Source: Limnochordia bacterium (lineage in GTDB: Bacteria > Bacillota > Limnochordia > DTU080). From it: 64,000 nt of DNA. Positions 1 through 10,542 of the stretch are shown here, in pieces (position 1 is the stretch's first letter; the number at the start of each line of letters is the position of its first letter). The position numbers were made by a program, and so were the translations under genes. The notes beneath the pieces were generated by a model. That model ran no database searches and was not told the origin of the DNA. It was given only the letters and a program-made list of their open reading frames with translations. The stretch spans positions 256,001-320,000 of the forward strand of contig JBMNJG010000011.1 in assembly GCA_050951545.1 (NCBI GenBank). Direction: 5' to 3'.

Positions 1-299
1 TGCGCAACAGATTCCAGGAAGTCTGGTACATTACTTTGCCGTTGATGAAACCACAGCTGCTGTTCGGCGCCGTCATGGCTGTAGTCCGTTCACTTGAGGT
101 GTCGGGCGTTGCGGTTGCTTTGACGGGCCTTCCCAGCCCGCTGTATGCCACGCATACTATCATGACGCACTTGCAGGACTACGCGTTCATTCGCTTTGAG
201 ATGGGCTATGCATCAGCCATTTCGGTGGTGCTCTTCTTGATGATGTTCGGTCTGTCTCGCTTCTTTATGCGTGTGCTTTCGACGAAGGGCGAGTACTAG
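1..299 (+). CDS. Carbohydrate ABC transporter permease, 5'-truncated by the window edge
   Basis: C-terminal motifs ITLPLMKPQLLF and RFEMGYASAISVVLF, typical of MalF/UgpA-type permeases. Confidence 0.85.
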   Translation, partial: RNRFQEVWYITLPLMKPQLLFGAVMAVVRSLEVSGVAVALTGLPSPLYATHTIMTHLQDYAFIRFEMGYASAISVVLFLMMFGLSRFFMRVLSTKGEY

Positions 300-322
300 T
301 TGACAAAGGGAGGTTTGCGCCG

Positions 323-1192
323 ATGGCTGCTGCAATGCCGCGTCTGAGAAGGCGGAGACTGAAAGGAGAGCCTATTGGTGTCTATGTGGTACTGACACTG
401 ATGGCTCTGGTCATGATCATGCCGATGTACCTGATGACCATTAACGCGTTCAAGCCGCTGGAAGAGCTCTTCCTCTTTCCGCCGCGCTATTACGTGATGA
501 ATCCCACGTTGAACAACTTTACCGATCTCTTGATCGCGACTGGTGCGGCGTGGGTGCCCTTTTCTCGGTATCTGTTTAACAGCTTGTTCATCACGATTAC
601 GGTCGTTACGCTGCACGTGCTTATCGCTTGCATGTGCGCTTACCCGCTGGCCAAATCAAAGGCACCTGGGGTTACAGTGATGTTCAACCTGGTGGTTGCC
701 TCGCTGATGTTCTCGCCTACGGTGACGAACATTCCGCGATACCTCATCATCAACCGCCTGGGCATCATCGACACCTACTGGGCACTGATCTTGCCGGGTA
801 TCGCTGGGTCTTTCGGCACGTTCTTGATGAAGCAGTTTCTGGAACAAGTGCCAAATGAGCTGATGGAAGCAGCCCGAATTGACGGGGCGAGCGAATGGGT
901 GATGTTCTGGCGGTTGATCATGCCCATGTCTCGGCCAGCTTGGGCGACCTTGACGATCTTCGCCTGGATTAGCAGCTGGAATGATGAGTGGGGTCCGCTA
1001 GTGTTCACAAGGTCGGAAGCGATGAAGACTCTACCGCTGGCGATCCACACCATGTTTTCCGGATCGAACGCAATCGCCCGCGCAGGAGCAAGCGCTGCGG
1101 CTGGGTTGCTGCAGACGGCCCCCACGATCATTTTGTTCCTGTTACTGCAGAAGCGTGTCATTTCTACGATGGCTCACGCGGGTATCAAGTAA
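323..1192 (+). CDS. Carbohydrate ABC transporter permease (MalG-like)
   Basis: EAA motif ELMEAARIDGASEW, several TM helices, SD GGGAGG upstream. Confidence 0.92.
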   Translation: MAAAMPRLRRRRLKGEPIGVYVVLTLMALVMIMPMYLMTINAFKPLEELFLFPPRYYVMNPTLNNFTDLLIATGAAWVPFSRYLFNSLFITITVVTLHVLIACMCAYPLAKSKAPGVTVMFNLVVASLMFSPTVTNIPRYLIINRLGIIDTYWALILPGIAGSFGTFLMKQFLEQVPNELMEAARIDGASEWVMFWRLIMPMSRPAWATLTIFAWISSWNDEWGPLVFTRSEAMKTLPLAIHTMFSGSNAIARAGASAAAGLLQTAPTIILFLLLQKRVISTMAHAGIK

Positions 1193-1240
1193 CGGGATCA
1201 GTGGGTGGAATGCCATGTCTTCATGTGCTTCTGAAAGGGT

Positions 1241-3304
1241 GTGTCAACCGTGGTAAAGAGATGGCTGTGGGTAGCTACGGTGCTTGCAGTGGCTGTTGCT
1301 GCCGCGACATGTATCATGCCGGGAGCTGAGGCCCGCCGCATCGGCCTTTACTTCCAGCAAGGAATAGGGATCTTCCCTTCCCAACTGGGATATGTGTACC
1401 ATCGTGACTTCGGGCTGGAACTCGAGATGGATGGGCCACAAGACATGTTCTTGTCGCACGATAAGACGCTGTATCTTGTGGACACCGGAAACAACCGCAT
1501 CCTGAAGGTCGATATGTTTGGGGAGCTGCTGGCTGAGTTTGGCAAAGGCCCGGACTTGGAGATGGAGCATCGGCTGAAGAAGCCACAGGGCGTGTTCGTC
1601 AATGAGTTTGACGAAGTGATCGTCGCTGACACGGACAATAAGCGCATCGTCATCTACAACCCTGATGGTACAATGCAGAAGATCATCCCCCAGCCGGACT
1701 CCGTCTTGCTGGGAGAGGACTTCCACTATCAGCCGACCAAGGTCATTCAGGACCGGCGCGGATATTTGTACGTGGCCAACTCCAACGACTATCGAGGGTT
1801 GATCCTGCTTGACACGAACGGAGCGTTCCGCGGCTTCTTTGCCCCGAACCGCGTGCCCTTTAGCATGCGCAGGATCATCATCAACATGTTTGCCACTGAG
1901 GCGCAGAAAGAGAAGCTGTCGAAGACGTTGCCCACACCGCACTCCAACATGATCATCGACCAGTACGGGTACATCTACTCGTCGACAGTCTACGACCGCA
2001 AGAATCAGATCAAGAAGCTCAACAGCGTAGGTAAGGACGTTCTCAACAGTTCGGACTACGTCTATGGATACACGTTCCGCCGCGGCAGTCAGTACGTCCA
2101 GCCGAACTTCGTGGACCTCACCGTGAACGAGAAGGGTATCATGTCTGCGCTAGACTCTCAGAACGGCTGGATCTATCAGTATGACCAAGACCGAAACTTG
2201 CTGTTGATGTTCGGTGGTAAGGGCGAGGAAAAGGGGTATTTCGGTTACCCCACCAGCATTGTTGGAGATGACGAAGGGTATCTCTACATTCTGGACAAGG
2301 ATCGGAACAACATTCAGGTGTTTCGGCCGACCCAGTTTGCAGGATTGGTTCATGGAGCAAGTGAGCTCTATGTAGACGGTCGTTACGAAGAGGCAGCCGG
2401 ACCGTGGCGAGAGGTCATCAAGTATAACACGAATTACTCGCTGGCATGGTCAGGCATTGGTAAAGCCTTTATGAAGTTGGAGGAGTACGACAAGGCCCTG
2501 CAAGCCTACCACTATGCACGAGACCGCGAGGGGTATTCCGAGGCGTTCGCTGAGCTTCGGCATGCCTGGGTACGGAGCAATTTCGGACTGAACGTGACGC
2601 TGATTATCGCTCTGATCTTCGCTATTGCTGGGGCGATCAAGGGGCTGCAGTGGATCTACCGACAGCCCTGGGAAGAGAGCGGCATTGTGGTACGTACGGT
2701 GCAGACATTGCTTAAGGTCATGTTCCGCCCGGCAGAGGGTTTCTGGGATCTGAAGGTAGGAAAAAAAGGAAACCCGCTTGTTGGGGCAGTGTTGATGATA
2801 TTGATGTTTGCAGTGCGTGTCTTTGACATTCAATGCAAGAGCTATCAGATCGCCAGCGTCGACCCAAAGGATGTCAGCCTGTTCTTGGAGATAGCGCGTA
2901 TCTTCGGTGTCTGGATCGTTTGGGGTGTCGCCAACTACGGAGTAGGCGCGATCTTTGAGGGTGAAGGTTTCTTCCGTGATGTGATGACCGCTGCAGCCTA
3001 TAGCATGGGTCCGTACCTCCTGTTCACGTGGCCGTTGACTCTGTTCTCCCATGTGTTGACCCGAGCGGAGAAAGGCTACATCGACTTCTTCTTCAACATC
3101 ATTGTGTACTGGAGCCTGGCCCTCGTGATTCTGTCGGTAAGGCACGTGCACAACTTCAACTTCAGAGTCACGGTAACGACGACTGCGCTATCCGTTTTTG
3201 GGATGTTCATCATCGTAGGTGTGCTAGGGCTGATGTGGGTGCTAACCGATCAGTTGGTGACGTTTATTCAGGAGATGGTGGTTGAAATTGCCATCCGAGC
3301 GTAG
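1241..3304 (+). CDS. Membrane-anchored NHL beta-propeller + TPR + C-terminal Yip1-like multi-TM protein
   Basis: NHL repeats (LYLVDTGNNRI, VIVADTDNKRI, LYILDKDRNNIQVF), TPR (AWSGIGKAFMKLEEYDKAL), Yip1-like MFRPAEGFWDLK followed by about 5 TM helices. Confidence 0.8.
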   Translation: MSTVVKRWLWVATVLAVAVAAATCIMPGAEARRIGLYFQQGIGIFPSQLGYVYHRDFGLELEMDGPQDMFLSHDKTLYLVDTGNNRILKVDMFGELLAEFGKGPDLEMEHRLKKPQGVFVNEFDEVIVADTDNKRIVIYNPDGTMQKIIPQPDSVLLGEDFHYQPTKVIQDRRGYLYVANSNDYRGLILLDTNGAFRGFFAPNRVPFSMRRIIINMFATEAQKEKLSKTLPTPHSNMIIDQYGYIYSSTVYDRKNQIKKLNSVGKDVLNSSDYVYGYTFRRGSQYVQPNFVDLTVNEKGIMSALDSQNGWIYQYDQDRNLLLMFGGKGEEKGYFGYPTSIVGDDEGYLYILDKDRNNIQVFRPTQFAGLVHGASELYVDGRYEEAAGPWREVIKYNTNYSLAWSGIGKAFMKLEEYDKALQAYHYARDREGYSEAFAELRHAWVRSNFGLNVTLIIALIFAIAGAIKGLQWIYRQPWEESGIVVRTVQTLLKVMFRPAEGFWDLKVGKKGNPLVGAVLMILMFAVRVFDIQCKSYQIASVDPKDVSLFLEIARIFGVWIVWGVANYGVGAIFEGEGFFRDVMTAAAYSMGPYLLFTWPLTLFSHVLTRAEKGYIDFFFNIIVYWSLALVILSVRHVHNFNFRVTVTTTALSVFGMFIIVGVLGLMWVLTDQLVTFIQEMVVEIAIRA

Positions 3305-3355
3305 GCATGGAGGCCGTGACTTTTGTTGTCGACTTGCGCTGAGGAGGCCGTGTTT

Positions 3356-5596
3356 ATGAGACACAGTAGGTGGCTTGTAGCATGTGGGTTGGTGATAATC
3401 GTATTCCTTGCCTTGGCGCCCTTGGTGGGTGCACAGGGATTTGGATTTGGCAACTTGTTTGGGGGTTTTTTCGGGGCTGAAGAAGAGGAAGAGGAAGAGC
3501 CCACGGTTGCTGCTGACGGTATTCCTCTGGGTTTCAGCTTGGTGGCTGAGAATCGCAATCTAGAGCTATTTCTGGATGCAGACGAGGGACAGCTGCTGGT
3601 CCGGGATAAGCGGACAGAGGCCATATGGCGCACGAACCCGGATCTTGAAAAGACGAAGATGTCGGTTGGACAGCTATGGGAGAAACACTTGCGCTCACAG
3701 GTCATCATTCAGTACACGGATGACAAGAAGCGCAACAAGAAGACAACGAACAACGTAGACCAGCAGGCTATCGTGACCTACGAGCCTATCCCGCGTGGTG
3801 TGCGTGTGGTCTTCCATATGCAAGCCTTGGGTTTTCAGATCCCTGTTGAGTACCGTCTGGGTGAGAACTACATGGAGGCGCGTATCCCCGACGATCTCTT
3901 GCTGGAGACGTCCACGTATGCGCTGGTAACCATAGAACTGGTTCCGTTCTTCGGAGCAGCTACTGACGACGATACCGGGTATATGGTTATCCCGGATAGC
4001 TCAGGTGCTGTCACGTACTTCAAGAAGGAGCACCCGCGTTATGCGCGGCAATTCCAGGAGTTCGCCTACGGGCCTGACGAAGTGCGCTTCTACGGTATGC
4101 GCGACTTCTTCATCGCCTTTAACCAAGCGCGACGGCAGGTGTTTGGGCCCTACTTCGGGTTGGTTAACGGTTCGCAGGCCTTTCTCGGACTGGTGACCGA
4201 GGGTGACTTCGACGTTAAGATCAACGCCGCGCCTAGCGGGTATATAGTCGATTTCTACCGAGCTAGCGCCGAGTTTCAGGTGCGTAAGGAGTACTCAGCC
4301 TTTCTAGCCCGTACGCGCCAGGTGCAAACCACAGAGAGTAGGCGCATTGGCACGGATCGCGCAGTGCGCTGGTATCTGTTGACGGACGAGGACGCCAACT
4401 ACGTGGGTATGGCCAACACCTACCGCGACTACCTCAAGGAGAAGTACAATGTGGTTGGGCGTCTGGGATTGAAAGACGATGTAGCGCCAATCCACATTCG
4501 TTTGACGAACGCTGTGTTAAAGGGTGGTCTGATTCTTGACGAACTGATCAAGATGACCACTTTCGATCAGGCGCGCACGATTGTTGAGAGTCTCCAGGCC
4601 TCTGGGGTCAACAACATGGACGTGACCTTGGTAGGGTGGACACAGAAAGGTGTAGACGGCATCGTTCCGCGCCACTGGCCTCCTGAAAGAGCTTTGGGCG
4701 GGGCAACTGCCCTGAGTGACTTCGCTCACTGGGCTACTGAGCGAGGTGTCGACGTCTTCTTGGAGGACAACTTCCTGGATGCCAACCAAAACAACGGGGG
4801 GTTCTCTCCGCGCAATGATGTCGTGCGTACAGCAGCGAAAACTCCTGTTCACTCGGGACGACGCTTCTTGATCTCGCCAGTCGTGGCGTATACTAAGTTT
4901 GGGCGGGAATACATCCCGAAGATGGCCGATCTCGGGGTCGCAGGTTTGGACCTTAAGAAATTGGGCGAATTGCTCATCTACGATCGCAACGACACGGCTC
5001 GGGCCGAGCGAGCTGATACAGCGGCGGCTTGGCTGAACATCGCGGCACTGGCCAGGAAACTGATGGGCCGGGTGTCCGTACAAGGCGGTAACGCCTTCTT
5101 CTTGGCGGTTGCAGACAAGGTGACTAATGCTCCAATCGACGAGAGCACCCACGTGTTTGTCGATCACTCCATTCCGTTCTATCAAATCGTGGTGCATGGC
5201 CTTGTTCCGGTCTATGGCTACCCCAGTAACCTGCGAAATGACCCTCGCAAGGAGTACTTGCGTATGGTGGAGTATGGCATGTTGCCAATGTTTGAGCTGA
5301 CCTACGAAGACTCCGCTCTACTACGTGATACCTCGTATGCCATGCTGTTCAGCTCGCAGTTTGACACATGGGTTGACACGGTGAAGGAGGAGTTCGAGGC
5401 AGTCAACGTAGGCATGGGAATGTTGCAGCGCTTGTCTATCGTAGCCCACGGCCAGATCGCGCCGAACGTGTTTGAGACGGGGTATGAGGATGGCACCAAC
5501 GTCATCGTCAACTATAACGATTACCCGTATGTGTCGGACTCAGTGACGGTTCCTGCGCTCGACTATCTCATTATCAAGGGAGGGCGTAGCTCGTGA
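3356..5596 (+). CDS. Exported DUF5696-family protein (putative glycoside-hydrolase-like fold)
   Basis: Signal peptide; motifs GYMVIPDSSGA, MTTFDQA, IPFYQIVVHG, GTNVIVNYN; ATG 3356 follows SD GAGGAGG. Confidence 0.75.
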   Translation: MRHSRWLVACGLVIIVFLALAPLVGAQGFGFGNLFGGFFGAEEEEEEEPTVAADGIPLGFSLVAENRNLELFLDADEGQLLVRDKRTEAIWRTNPDLEKTKMSVGQLWEKHLRSQVIIQYTDDKKRNKKTTNNVDQQAIVTYEPIPRGVRVVFHMQALGFQIPVEYRLGENYMEARIPDDLLLETSTYALVTIELVPFFGAATDDDTGYMVIPDSSGAVTYFKKEHPRYARQFQEFAYGPDEVRFYGMRDFFIAFNQARRQVFGPYFGLVNGSQAFLGLVTEGDFDVKINAAPSGYIVDFYRASAEFQVRKEYSAFLARTRQVQTTESRRIGTDRAVRWYLLTDEDANYVGMANTYRDYLKEKYNVVGRLGLKDDVAPIHIRLTNAVLKGGLILDELIKMTTFDQARTIVESLQASGVNNMDVTLVGWTQKGVDGIVPRHWPPERALGGATALSDFAHWATERGVDVFLEDNFLDANQNNGGFSPRNDVVRTAAKTPVHSGRRFLISPVVAYTKFGREYIPKMADLGVAGLDLKKLGELLIYDRNDTARAERADTAAAWLNIAALARKLMGRVSVQGGNAFFLAVADKVTNAPIDESTHVFVDHSIPFYQIVVHGLVPVYGYPSNLRNDPRKEYLRMVEYGMLPMFELTYEDSALLRDTSYAMLFSSQFDTWVDTVKEEFEAVNVGMGMLQRLSIVAHGQIAPNVFETGYEDGTNVIVNYNDYPYVSDSVTVPALDYLIIKGGRSS

Positions 5597-6468
5597 AGAT
5601 TACTCTGAACCAGCGTCGAGCGTTGACAGGCTTTGTGTTTATCGCTCCGTGGTTTGTCGGTTTCCTGCTCTTCATGGCTAAGCCATTCATCGACTCGTTC
5701 TGGATCAGCTTTAACACGGTCGACATGATGGCGGGCTTTTCGCTGAAGTGGGTGGGTTTCCAGAACTACGTTGAGGCGTTCACGATCGATGAACGTTTTG
5801 TGCCTACGTTGATTCGAGCAGTCCGCGACATGTGTGTCAACGTTCCTGTGATCTTGGTGTTTGCCTTGTTCACTGCTTTCCTGACTAACCAGGAGCTTAT
5901 CGGGCGAGCATTCTTCCGGGGCGTGTTCTTCCTTCCAGTGGTTATCGCTTCCGGACTGGTCGTTCAGCAGCTGTTTGCTCAAGGCGCGGGACGTATCGCA
6001 GGGCAGTCACAGACTATGGCCATGATTGACGTGCCGGGGCTCATCTACATGTATCTAGGGCCTGCGGCTCAGATCGTGAATGACCTGCTCAACCGGATTG
6101 TACTGGTGCTGTGGTCGTCCGGGATCCAGATCTTGCTGTATCTTGCAGGCCTACAGGGCATTTCGGGCAGCCTCTATGAAGCGGCTCGCTGCGATGGTGC
6201 TACGGACTGGGAGCTATTCTGGAAGATCACCTTGCCGATGCTCTCCCCGATCCTGTTGGTGAATGTCATTTTCTCGATTGTCGACTCGTTTACCGACCGG
6301 TTCAATCCGATGCTTGACTTGATCAAGAACTACGCCTTCACGGGCCAGTTTCGATTGGGCTACGCTGCAGCCGCGGGATGGGTCTACTTCCTGGTGATCT
6401 TTCTCATCATCCTGGTGGTTGTTCTCTCATCTAGGCGTTGGGTGTTCTACGCTGGCGAGCGAGACTAG
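5593..6468 (+). CDS. Carbohydrate ABC transporter permease (MalF-like)
   Basis: LAGLQGISGSLYEAARCDGA motif; overlaps the upstream stop (GTGA). Confidence 0.92.
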   Translation: MKITLNQRRALTGFVFIAPWFVGFLLFMAKPFIDSFWISFNTVDMMAGFSLKWVGFQNYVEAFTIDERFVPTLIRAVRDMCVNVPVILVFALFTAFLTNQELIGRAFFRGVFFLPVVIASGLVVQQLFAQGAGRIAGQSQTMAMIDVPGLIYMYLGPAAQIVNDLLNRIVLVLWSSGIQILLYLAGLQGISGSLYEAARCDGATDWELFWKITLPMLSPILLVNVIFSIVDSFTDRFNPMLDLIKNYAFTGQFRLGYAAAAGWVYFLVIFLIILVVVLSSRRWVFYAGERD

Positions 6469-6516
6469 GTTATAGAATGGCGTAGTGCCGCAGTCCGACT
6501 GAGGAGGGCACATGTA

Positions 6517-7455
6517 ATGGCGAAAATACTGGAGGACCTGAGGGGCAGGACGGTTGACGCTCCCTGGTTTTTGATCTACCGGCGGCGTACGGAGAGTTTG
6601 TTCTTCCGGCTGTTGATGTACTTGATCTTGATCAACATCGCGTTTACCTTTCTGTACCCGGTTTTGTACATGGTCTCAACAAGCATGATGACCATCGAGG
6701 ATTTTGTGGACCCGGCGGTCTACTGGATTCCGAGAACGGTCAACTGGGACAATTTCAAGCTGGCCTATCTAGGTATGCGATATGAGATTGCCCTAAAGAA
6801 CAGCTTGATCATTGCCCTCGTAGCGGCATTCGGACAGTTGGTGTCATGTTCGATGGCTGGCTACGGTTTCGGGCGGATCCAGTTCCCGGGCCGGGAGTTT
6901 CTGTTCATGCTTGTGATCTTCACCTTCATCGTACCGCCACAGACGATTATTGTGCCGTTGTTCATTTTGTACCGTAAGTTGGGATGGATTGACACCTACT
7001 ACCCCTTTACGGTGCCCACGTTCTTTGCGGCAGGTCTGCGGGGGCCGTTGTTTGTGGTCATCTTCCGACAGTTCTTCCGGCGGCAGCCCTGGGAGTTGGA
7101 GGATGCAGCTCGCGTTGACGGTTGCGGTCCGATACGGACCTTCTTCAAGATCATGCTTCCGTTGTCGAAGCCAGCGCTTGTGGTGACGTTTCTGTTCTCA
7201 TTGGTTTGGCACTGGAATGACTTCTACGAGCCTATGATGTATTTGATGAAGCCGCAGAACTTCACGGTGCCGCTGCGCCTATCAATTCTGCAGTCTTCCC
7301 TGAATGAGGTTACGGGTGGTCAGGCGGGTGAGTTCTTCAATGAACCACTCATCATGGCGGCGTGTTTACTGGTAGTGATTCCGCCGCTAATCCTGTATCT
7401 GTTCTTCCAGCGTCACTTTGTGGAGTCCATCGAGCGTACTGGCTTGGTCGACTAA
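6517..7455 (+). CDS. Carbohydrate ABC transporter permease (MalG-like)
   Basis: ELEDAARVDGC motif, WHWNDFY, TM helices. Confidence 0.92.
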   Translation: MAKILEDLRGRTVDAPWFLIYRRRTESLFFRLLMYLILINIAFTFLYPVLYMVSTSMMTIEDFVDPAVYWIPRTVNWDNFKLAYLGMRYEIALKNSLIIALVAAFGQLVSCSMAGYGFGRIQFPGREFLFMLVIFTFIVPPQTIIVPLFILYRKLGWIDTYYPFTVPTFFAAGLRGPLFVVIFRQFFRRQPWELEDAARVDGCGPIRTFFKIMLPLSKPALVVTFLFSLVWHWNDFYEPMMYLMKPQNFTVPLRLSILQSSLNEVTGGQAGEFFNEPLIMAACLLVVIPPLILYLFFQRHFVESIERTGLVD

Positions 7456-7465
7456 GAATGCGAGG

Positions 7466-7492
7466 AAACGCCGACCGTTGCGGTCGGCGTTT
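7466..7492 (+). terminator. Intrinsic terminator hairpin ending the ABC operon
   Basis: 12-bp stem AAACGCCGACCG-TTG-CGGTCGGCGTTT. Confidence 0.7.
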
Positions 7493-7521
7493 GCGCGATA
7501 GGGCCGTCGATAGCGCTCGTG

Positions 7522-7530
7522 TGGTATAAT
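7522..7530 (+). promoter_or_regulatory. Extended -10 sigmaA promoter for the pan operon
   Basis: TGGTATAAT about 40 nt before the GTG at 7571. Confidence 0.55.
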
Positions 7531-7570
7531 CAGCCTGAGTGTGCCTTGTTCTTGTCGTGGAGGTGCTCAG

Positions 7571-8449
7571 GTGGGCACGAGCGTCAGTTTTGTAGGGGCA
7601 GGCCGGGTCGGCTCGAGCTTGGCCCGGTCGCTGCGTACACGGGGTTTCAAGATCGGTGCGCTTGTCTGCCGAACGCTAGCGCGGGCAGAAGAGGCGGCCT
7701 TGGCGGTCGGCGGGGGCGGCGCATCTACTGAGTTAGGTGACGCTGCCGCAGCCGACATCGTTTTTCTTACGGTTCCTGATAGCGCCATCGAAAGGGTCTG
7801 CATGGATCTCGCAGCTCGCGGCATGTGGCGGGGCGAGCATACTGTTGTGCATTGTAGTGGGGCGCTAAGTCTAGGCGTGCTGCAGGCGGCGGCGGATCAA
7901 GGGGCGGCGGTGCTCTCGCTGCACCCTATGCAAAGCGTCGCCGATCCAATATCCGGAGCGGCAAGCATGGTCGGCTCCTTTTTTGGAGTGGAGGGTTGCC
8001 AGCGAGGGCTCGCTGTAGGTGAGATGCTCGTCCATGCGTTGGGCGGGCGCGCTTTGCGTATTGCGCCAGGAGGCAAAGCGGCCTATCATGCGGCTGCGGT
8101 CATGGTGAGCAACTACCTTGTGGCGCTGATGGATATGGGTTGTGACTTGCTTGTTCAGGCTGGCCTGCCGCGTACGGAAGCCTCGGCCGCGCTGTTACCT
8201 TTGGCCAGCGGGACGTTGGCGAACATTCTTAATCAGGGGATACCCGCGGCTCTCACTGGGCCTATTGAGCGCGGTGATGCGACAACGGTAGCTCGGCATT
8301 TGCATGTGTTAGGTGAGCACGGCGAATTGCGGGAGATCTACTCGCTACTGGGGGGAAGGCTGGTACAGCTTGCCACGCAGAAGGGGAGTGCAAGTCAGGA
8401 GGATCTGGCCGCGATAGCCGCTCTGCTTGGGCGCGAAACCAATCTTTGA
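7571..8449 (+). CDS. Rossmann-like/DUF2520 oxidoreductase, probable ketopantoate reductase (PanG-type)
   Basis: VGAGRVG, HCSGA, LHPMQS, YHAAAV, LTGPIERGD; lies directly before panB. Confidence 0.8.
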   Translation: MGTSVSFVGAGRVGSSLARSLRTRGFKIGALVCRTLARAEEAALAVGGGGASTELGDAAAADIVFLTVPDSAIERVCMDLAARGMWRGEHTVVHCSGALSLGVLQAAADQGAAVLSLHPMQSVADPISGAASMVGSFFGVEGCQRGLAVGEMLVHALGGRALRIAPGGKAAYHAAAVMVSNYLVALMDMGCDLLVQAGLPRTEASAALLPLASGTLANILNQGIPAALTGPIERGDATTVARHLHVLGEHGELREIYSLLGGRLVQLATQKGSASQEDLAAIAALLGRETNL

Positions 8450-8465
8450 AGGACGGGTGATCGGA

Positions 8466-9305
8466 ATGGATGCAGCAACACGCAAGGTTCGGGTTCCGGA
8501 TTTCGTGGCGATGAAGGCTCGCGGCGAGCGGATCACTATGTTAACCGCATATGATTACACTATGGCGCGCCTTCTCGATGCGGGTGGGGTTGATTCGATC
8601 CTGGTCGGCGATTCAGTGGGGAACGTGCAGCTGGGTTACTCGACCACTTTGCCAGTAACTATGGAAGACATGCTGCATCACACTCGCGCCGTGAGTCGAG
8701 GTGTTCAGCGGGCTCTGGTCATTGCTGACATGCCCTTTCTTTCCTTTCAGGTTGATCCGCTGGAGGCTGTAAGAAATGCTGGCCGCTTTCTGCAAGAGGG
8801 AGGGGCCGATGCGGTGAAGCTCGAGGGTGGGCAGGCAGTTCTGCCTGCTGTTCGCCATATGGTGCAGATAGGTATTCCTGTGGTTGGTCACTTGGGGCTC
8901 ACTCCCCAGTCGGTTCATCAGTTTGGTGGGTTTAAGGTGCAGGCGAAGACTGAGGACGCTGCGAAAGCGCTGATGGCAGATGCTTTGGCACTAGAGGAGG
9001 CGGGTGCCTTTTGCATAGTCCTGGAGAGCGTTCCCGTAGACGTCGCGGCTGCGGTAACGCAGAGACTACGCATCCCGACAATAGGCATCGGGGCGGGTGT
9101 GACGTGTGATGGGCAGGTGCTGGTCTGCTACGATGCGCTAGGGATGTTTGATGACTTCAAGCCCAGATTCGTCAAACGGTTCGCTAATCTGGGCAATGAG
9201 ATTCGGCGCGCCGTAGCGACCTACTGCAGTGAGGTGCGCGATGGCACGTTCCCCGACGCTGAGCATTCCTACGGTTCTTCGCAGAAGAGGACGGAGGGGA
9301 AGTAG
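8466..9305 (+). CDS. panB: 3-methyl-2-oxobutanoate hydroxymethyltransferase
   Basis: MLTAYD, ILVGDS, VKLEGG, GHLGLTPQS, CDGQVLV. Confidence 0.97.
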   Translation: MDAATRKVRVPDFVAMKARGERITMLTAYDYTMARLLDAGGVDSILVGDSVGNVQLGYSTTLPVTMEDMLHHTRAVSRGVQRALVIADMPFLSFQVDPLEAVRNAGRFLQEGGADAVKLEGGQAVLPAVRHMVQIGIPVVGHLGLTPQSVHQFGGFKVQAKTEDAAKALMADALALEEAGAFCIVLESVPVDVAAAVTQRLRIPTIGIGAGVTCDGQVLVCYDALGMFDDFKPRFVKRFANLGNEIRRAVATYCSEVRDGTFPDAEHSYGSSQKRTEGK

Positions 9306-9307
9306 TC

Positions 9308-10171
9308 GTGCGGATCGTACACACGATCGAGGACGTTCGCAATGCAGTGGCCGAAGCCCGGGGCCAAGGGCTCAAGATAGGCCTGGTTCCCACCATGGGT
9401 GCCTTGCACGATGGGCACGGCAGCTTGATCGAGGCCGCTCGAGCTCAATGTGGGTATGTAGTGGCGAGCGTATTTGTGAACCCACTTCAGTTCGGGCCTG
9501 CCGAGGACTATGCAAAGTACCCGCGTACACTTGGCGAGGATGCTGCCTACTGCGAGAAGAGAGGGGCGGATCTGGTATTTGCACCAGAGGTACGGGAGAT
9601 GTATCCCTCTCCGTCATTGACTTTCGTGACAGTTGACAAGATTACCGACACGCTTTGCGGCGCTTCGCGACCGGGACATTTCCGTGGAGTCGCCACAGTG
9701 GTCACCAAGCTGTTTCACATTGTCTTACCTGATGTGGCCTACTTCGGTCAGAAGGATGCACAACAGGCAGCCGTGCTGAAGCGTATGGTGAGCGACCTCA
9801 ATTTCCCGCTGAAGATTGCCATAGTGCCTACGTTTCGCGAGCCTGATGGCCTGGCGACGAGTTCGCGCAACCGCTATCTGTCCCCGGACGACCGCCGGGC
9901 TGCACTGGTCTTGCATCGCACGCTGCGGGGGGCTATGTCGCTGCTGCAGGACGGTGAACGAGAGGCCGAGGTCATTCGCTCATATCTGCGGGCGGGCATT
10001 GAAGCGGAGCCTCGGGCCGAGTTGGACTATGCTGATGTTGTCGACCCTGACACTATGCATGCGGTGACAGGCGTGATTGGGCATGATGTTCTCTTGGTCG
10101 TGGCTGCTTACTTCGCAGGCACGCGCCTGATTGATAACATGCCCTTCTCATTCGCCCAAGAGGTGAGATGA
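9308..10171 (+). CDS. panC: Pantoate-beta-alanine ligase
   Basis: [36 protein letters not shown]. Confidence 0.97.
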   Translation: MRIVHTIEDVRNAVAEARGQGLKIGLVPTMGALHDGHGSLIEAARAQCGYVVASVFVNPLQFGPAEDYAKYPRTLGEDAAYCEKRGADLVFAPEVREMYPSPSLTFVTVDKITDTLCGASRPGHFRGVATVVTKLFHIVLPDVAYFGQKDAQQAAVLKRMVSDLNFPLKIAIVPTFREPDGLATSSRNRYLSPDDRRAALVLHRTLRGAMSLLQDGEREAEVIRSYLRAGIEAEPRAELDYADVVDPDTMHAVTGVIGHDVLLVVAAYFAGTRLIDNMPFSFAQEVR

Positions 10172-10542
10172 CTGTGTTGCGGATGATGTGTAAATCGAAG
10201 ATCCACCGAGCCACGGTGACGGATGCCAACCTCAACTATACGGGCAGCATCACGATCGATGAGAGTCTACTGGCCGCGGCCGATATCCTGCCTCAAGAGA
10301 GGGTGCAAGTGGTCAACGTCACGAATGGTGCACGTTTCGAGACCTATGTCATCGCCGGGCCCGCGGGGCGAGGTGACATTTGCCTGAATGGCGCCGCTGC
10401 TCGGTTGGTGCAGGTAGGCGATGTAGTGATCATCATCTCCTACGCACTTATGGGCCCTGAGGAGACCCGGTTGCACAGCATGCGAGTGGTGCATGTTGAT
10501 GGCGACAACAGAATTGTTGAGAGCGGAGGTGCTCATGGATGA
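10168..10542 (+). CDS. panD: Aspartate 1-decarboxylase
   Basis: [18 protein letters not shown] autocleavage site, LNGAAARL. Confidence 0.97.
   Translation: MTVLRMMCKSKIHRATVTDANLNYTGSITIDESLLAAADILPQERVQVVNVTNGARFETYVIAGPAGRGDICLNGAAARLVQVGDVVIIISYALMGPEETRLHSMRVVHVDGDNRIVESGGAHG

Noticed and set aside
3478-3499. GAA/GAG repeat tract
   Set aside because: Encodes an in-frame poly-Glu linker with mixed codons; not a phase-variation tract
7493-7570. pan RNA motif or riboswitch before the pan operon
   Set aside because: The leader is only about 35 nt after the -10 element and has no convincing tandem hairpins
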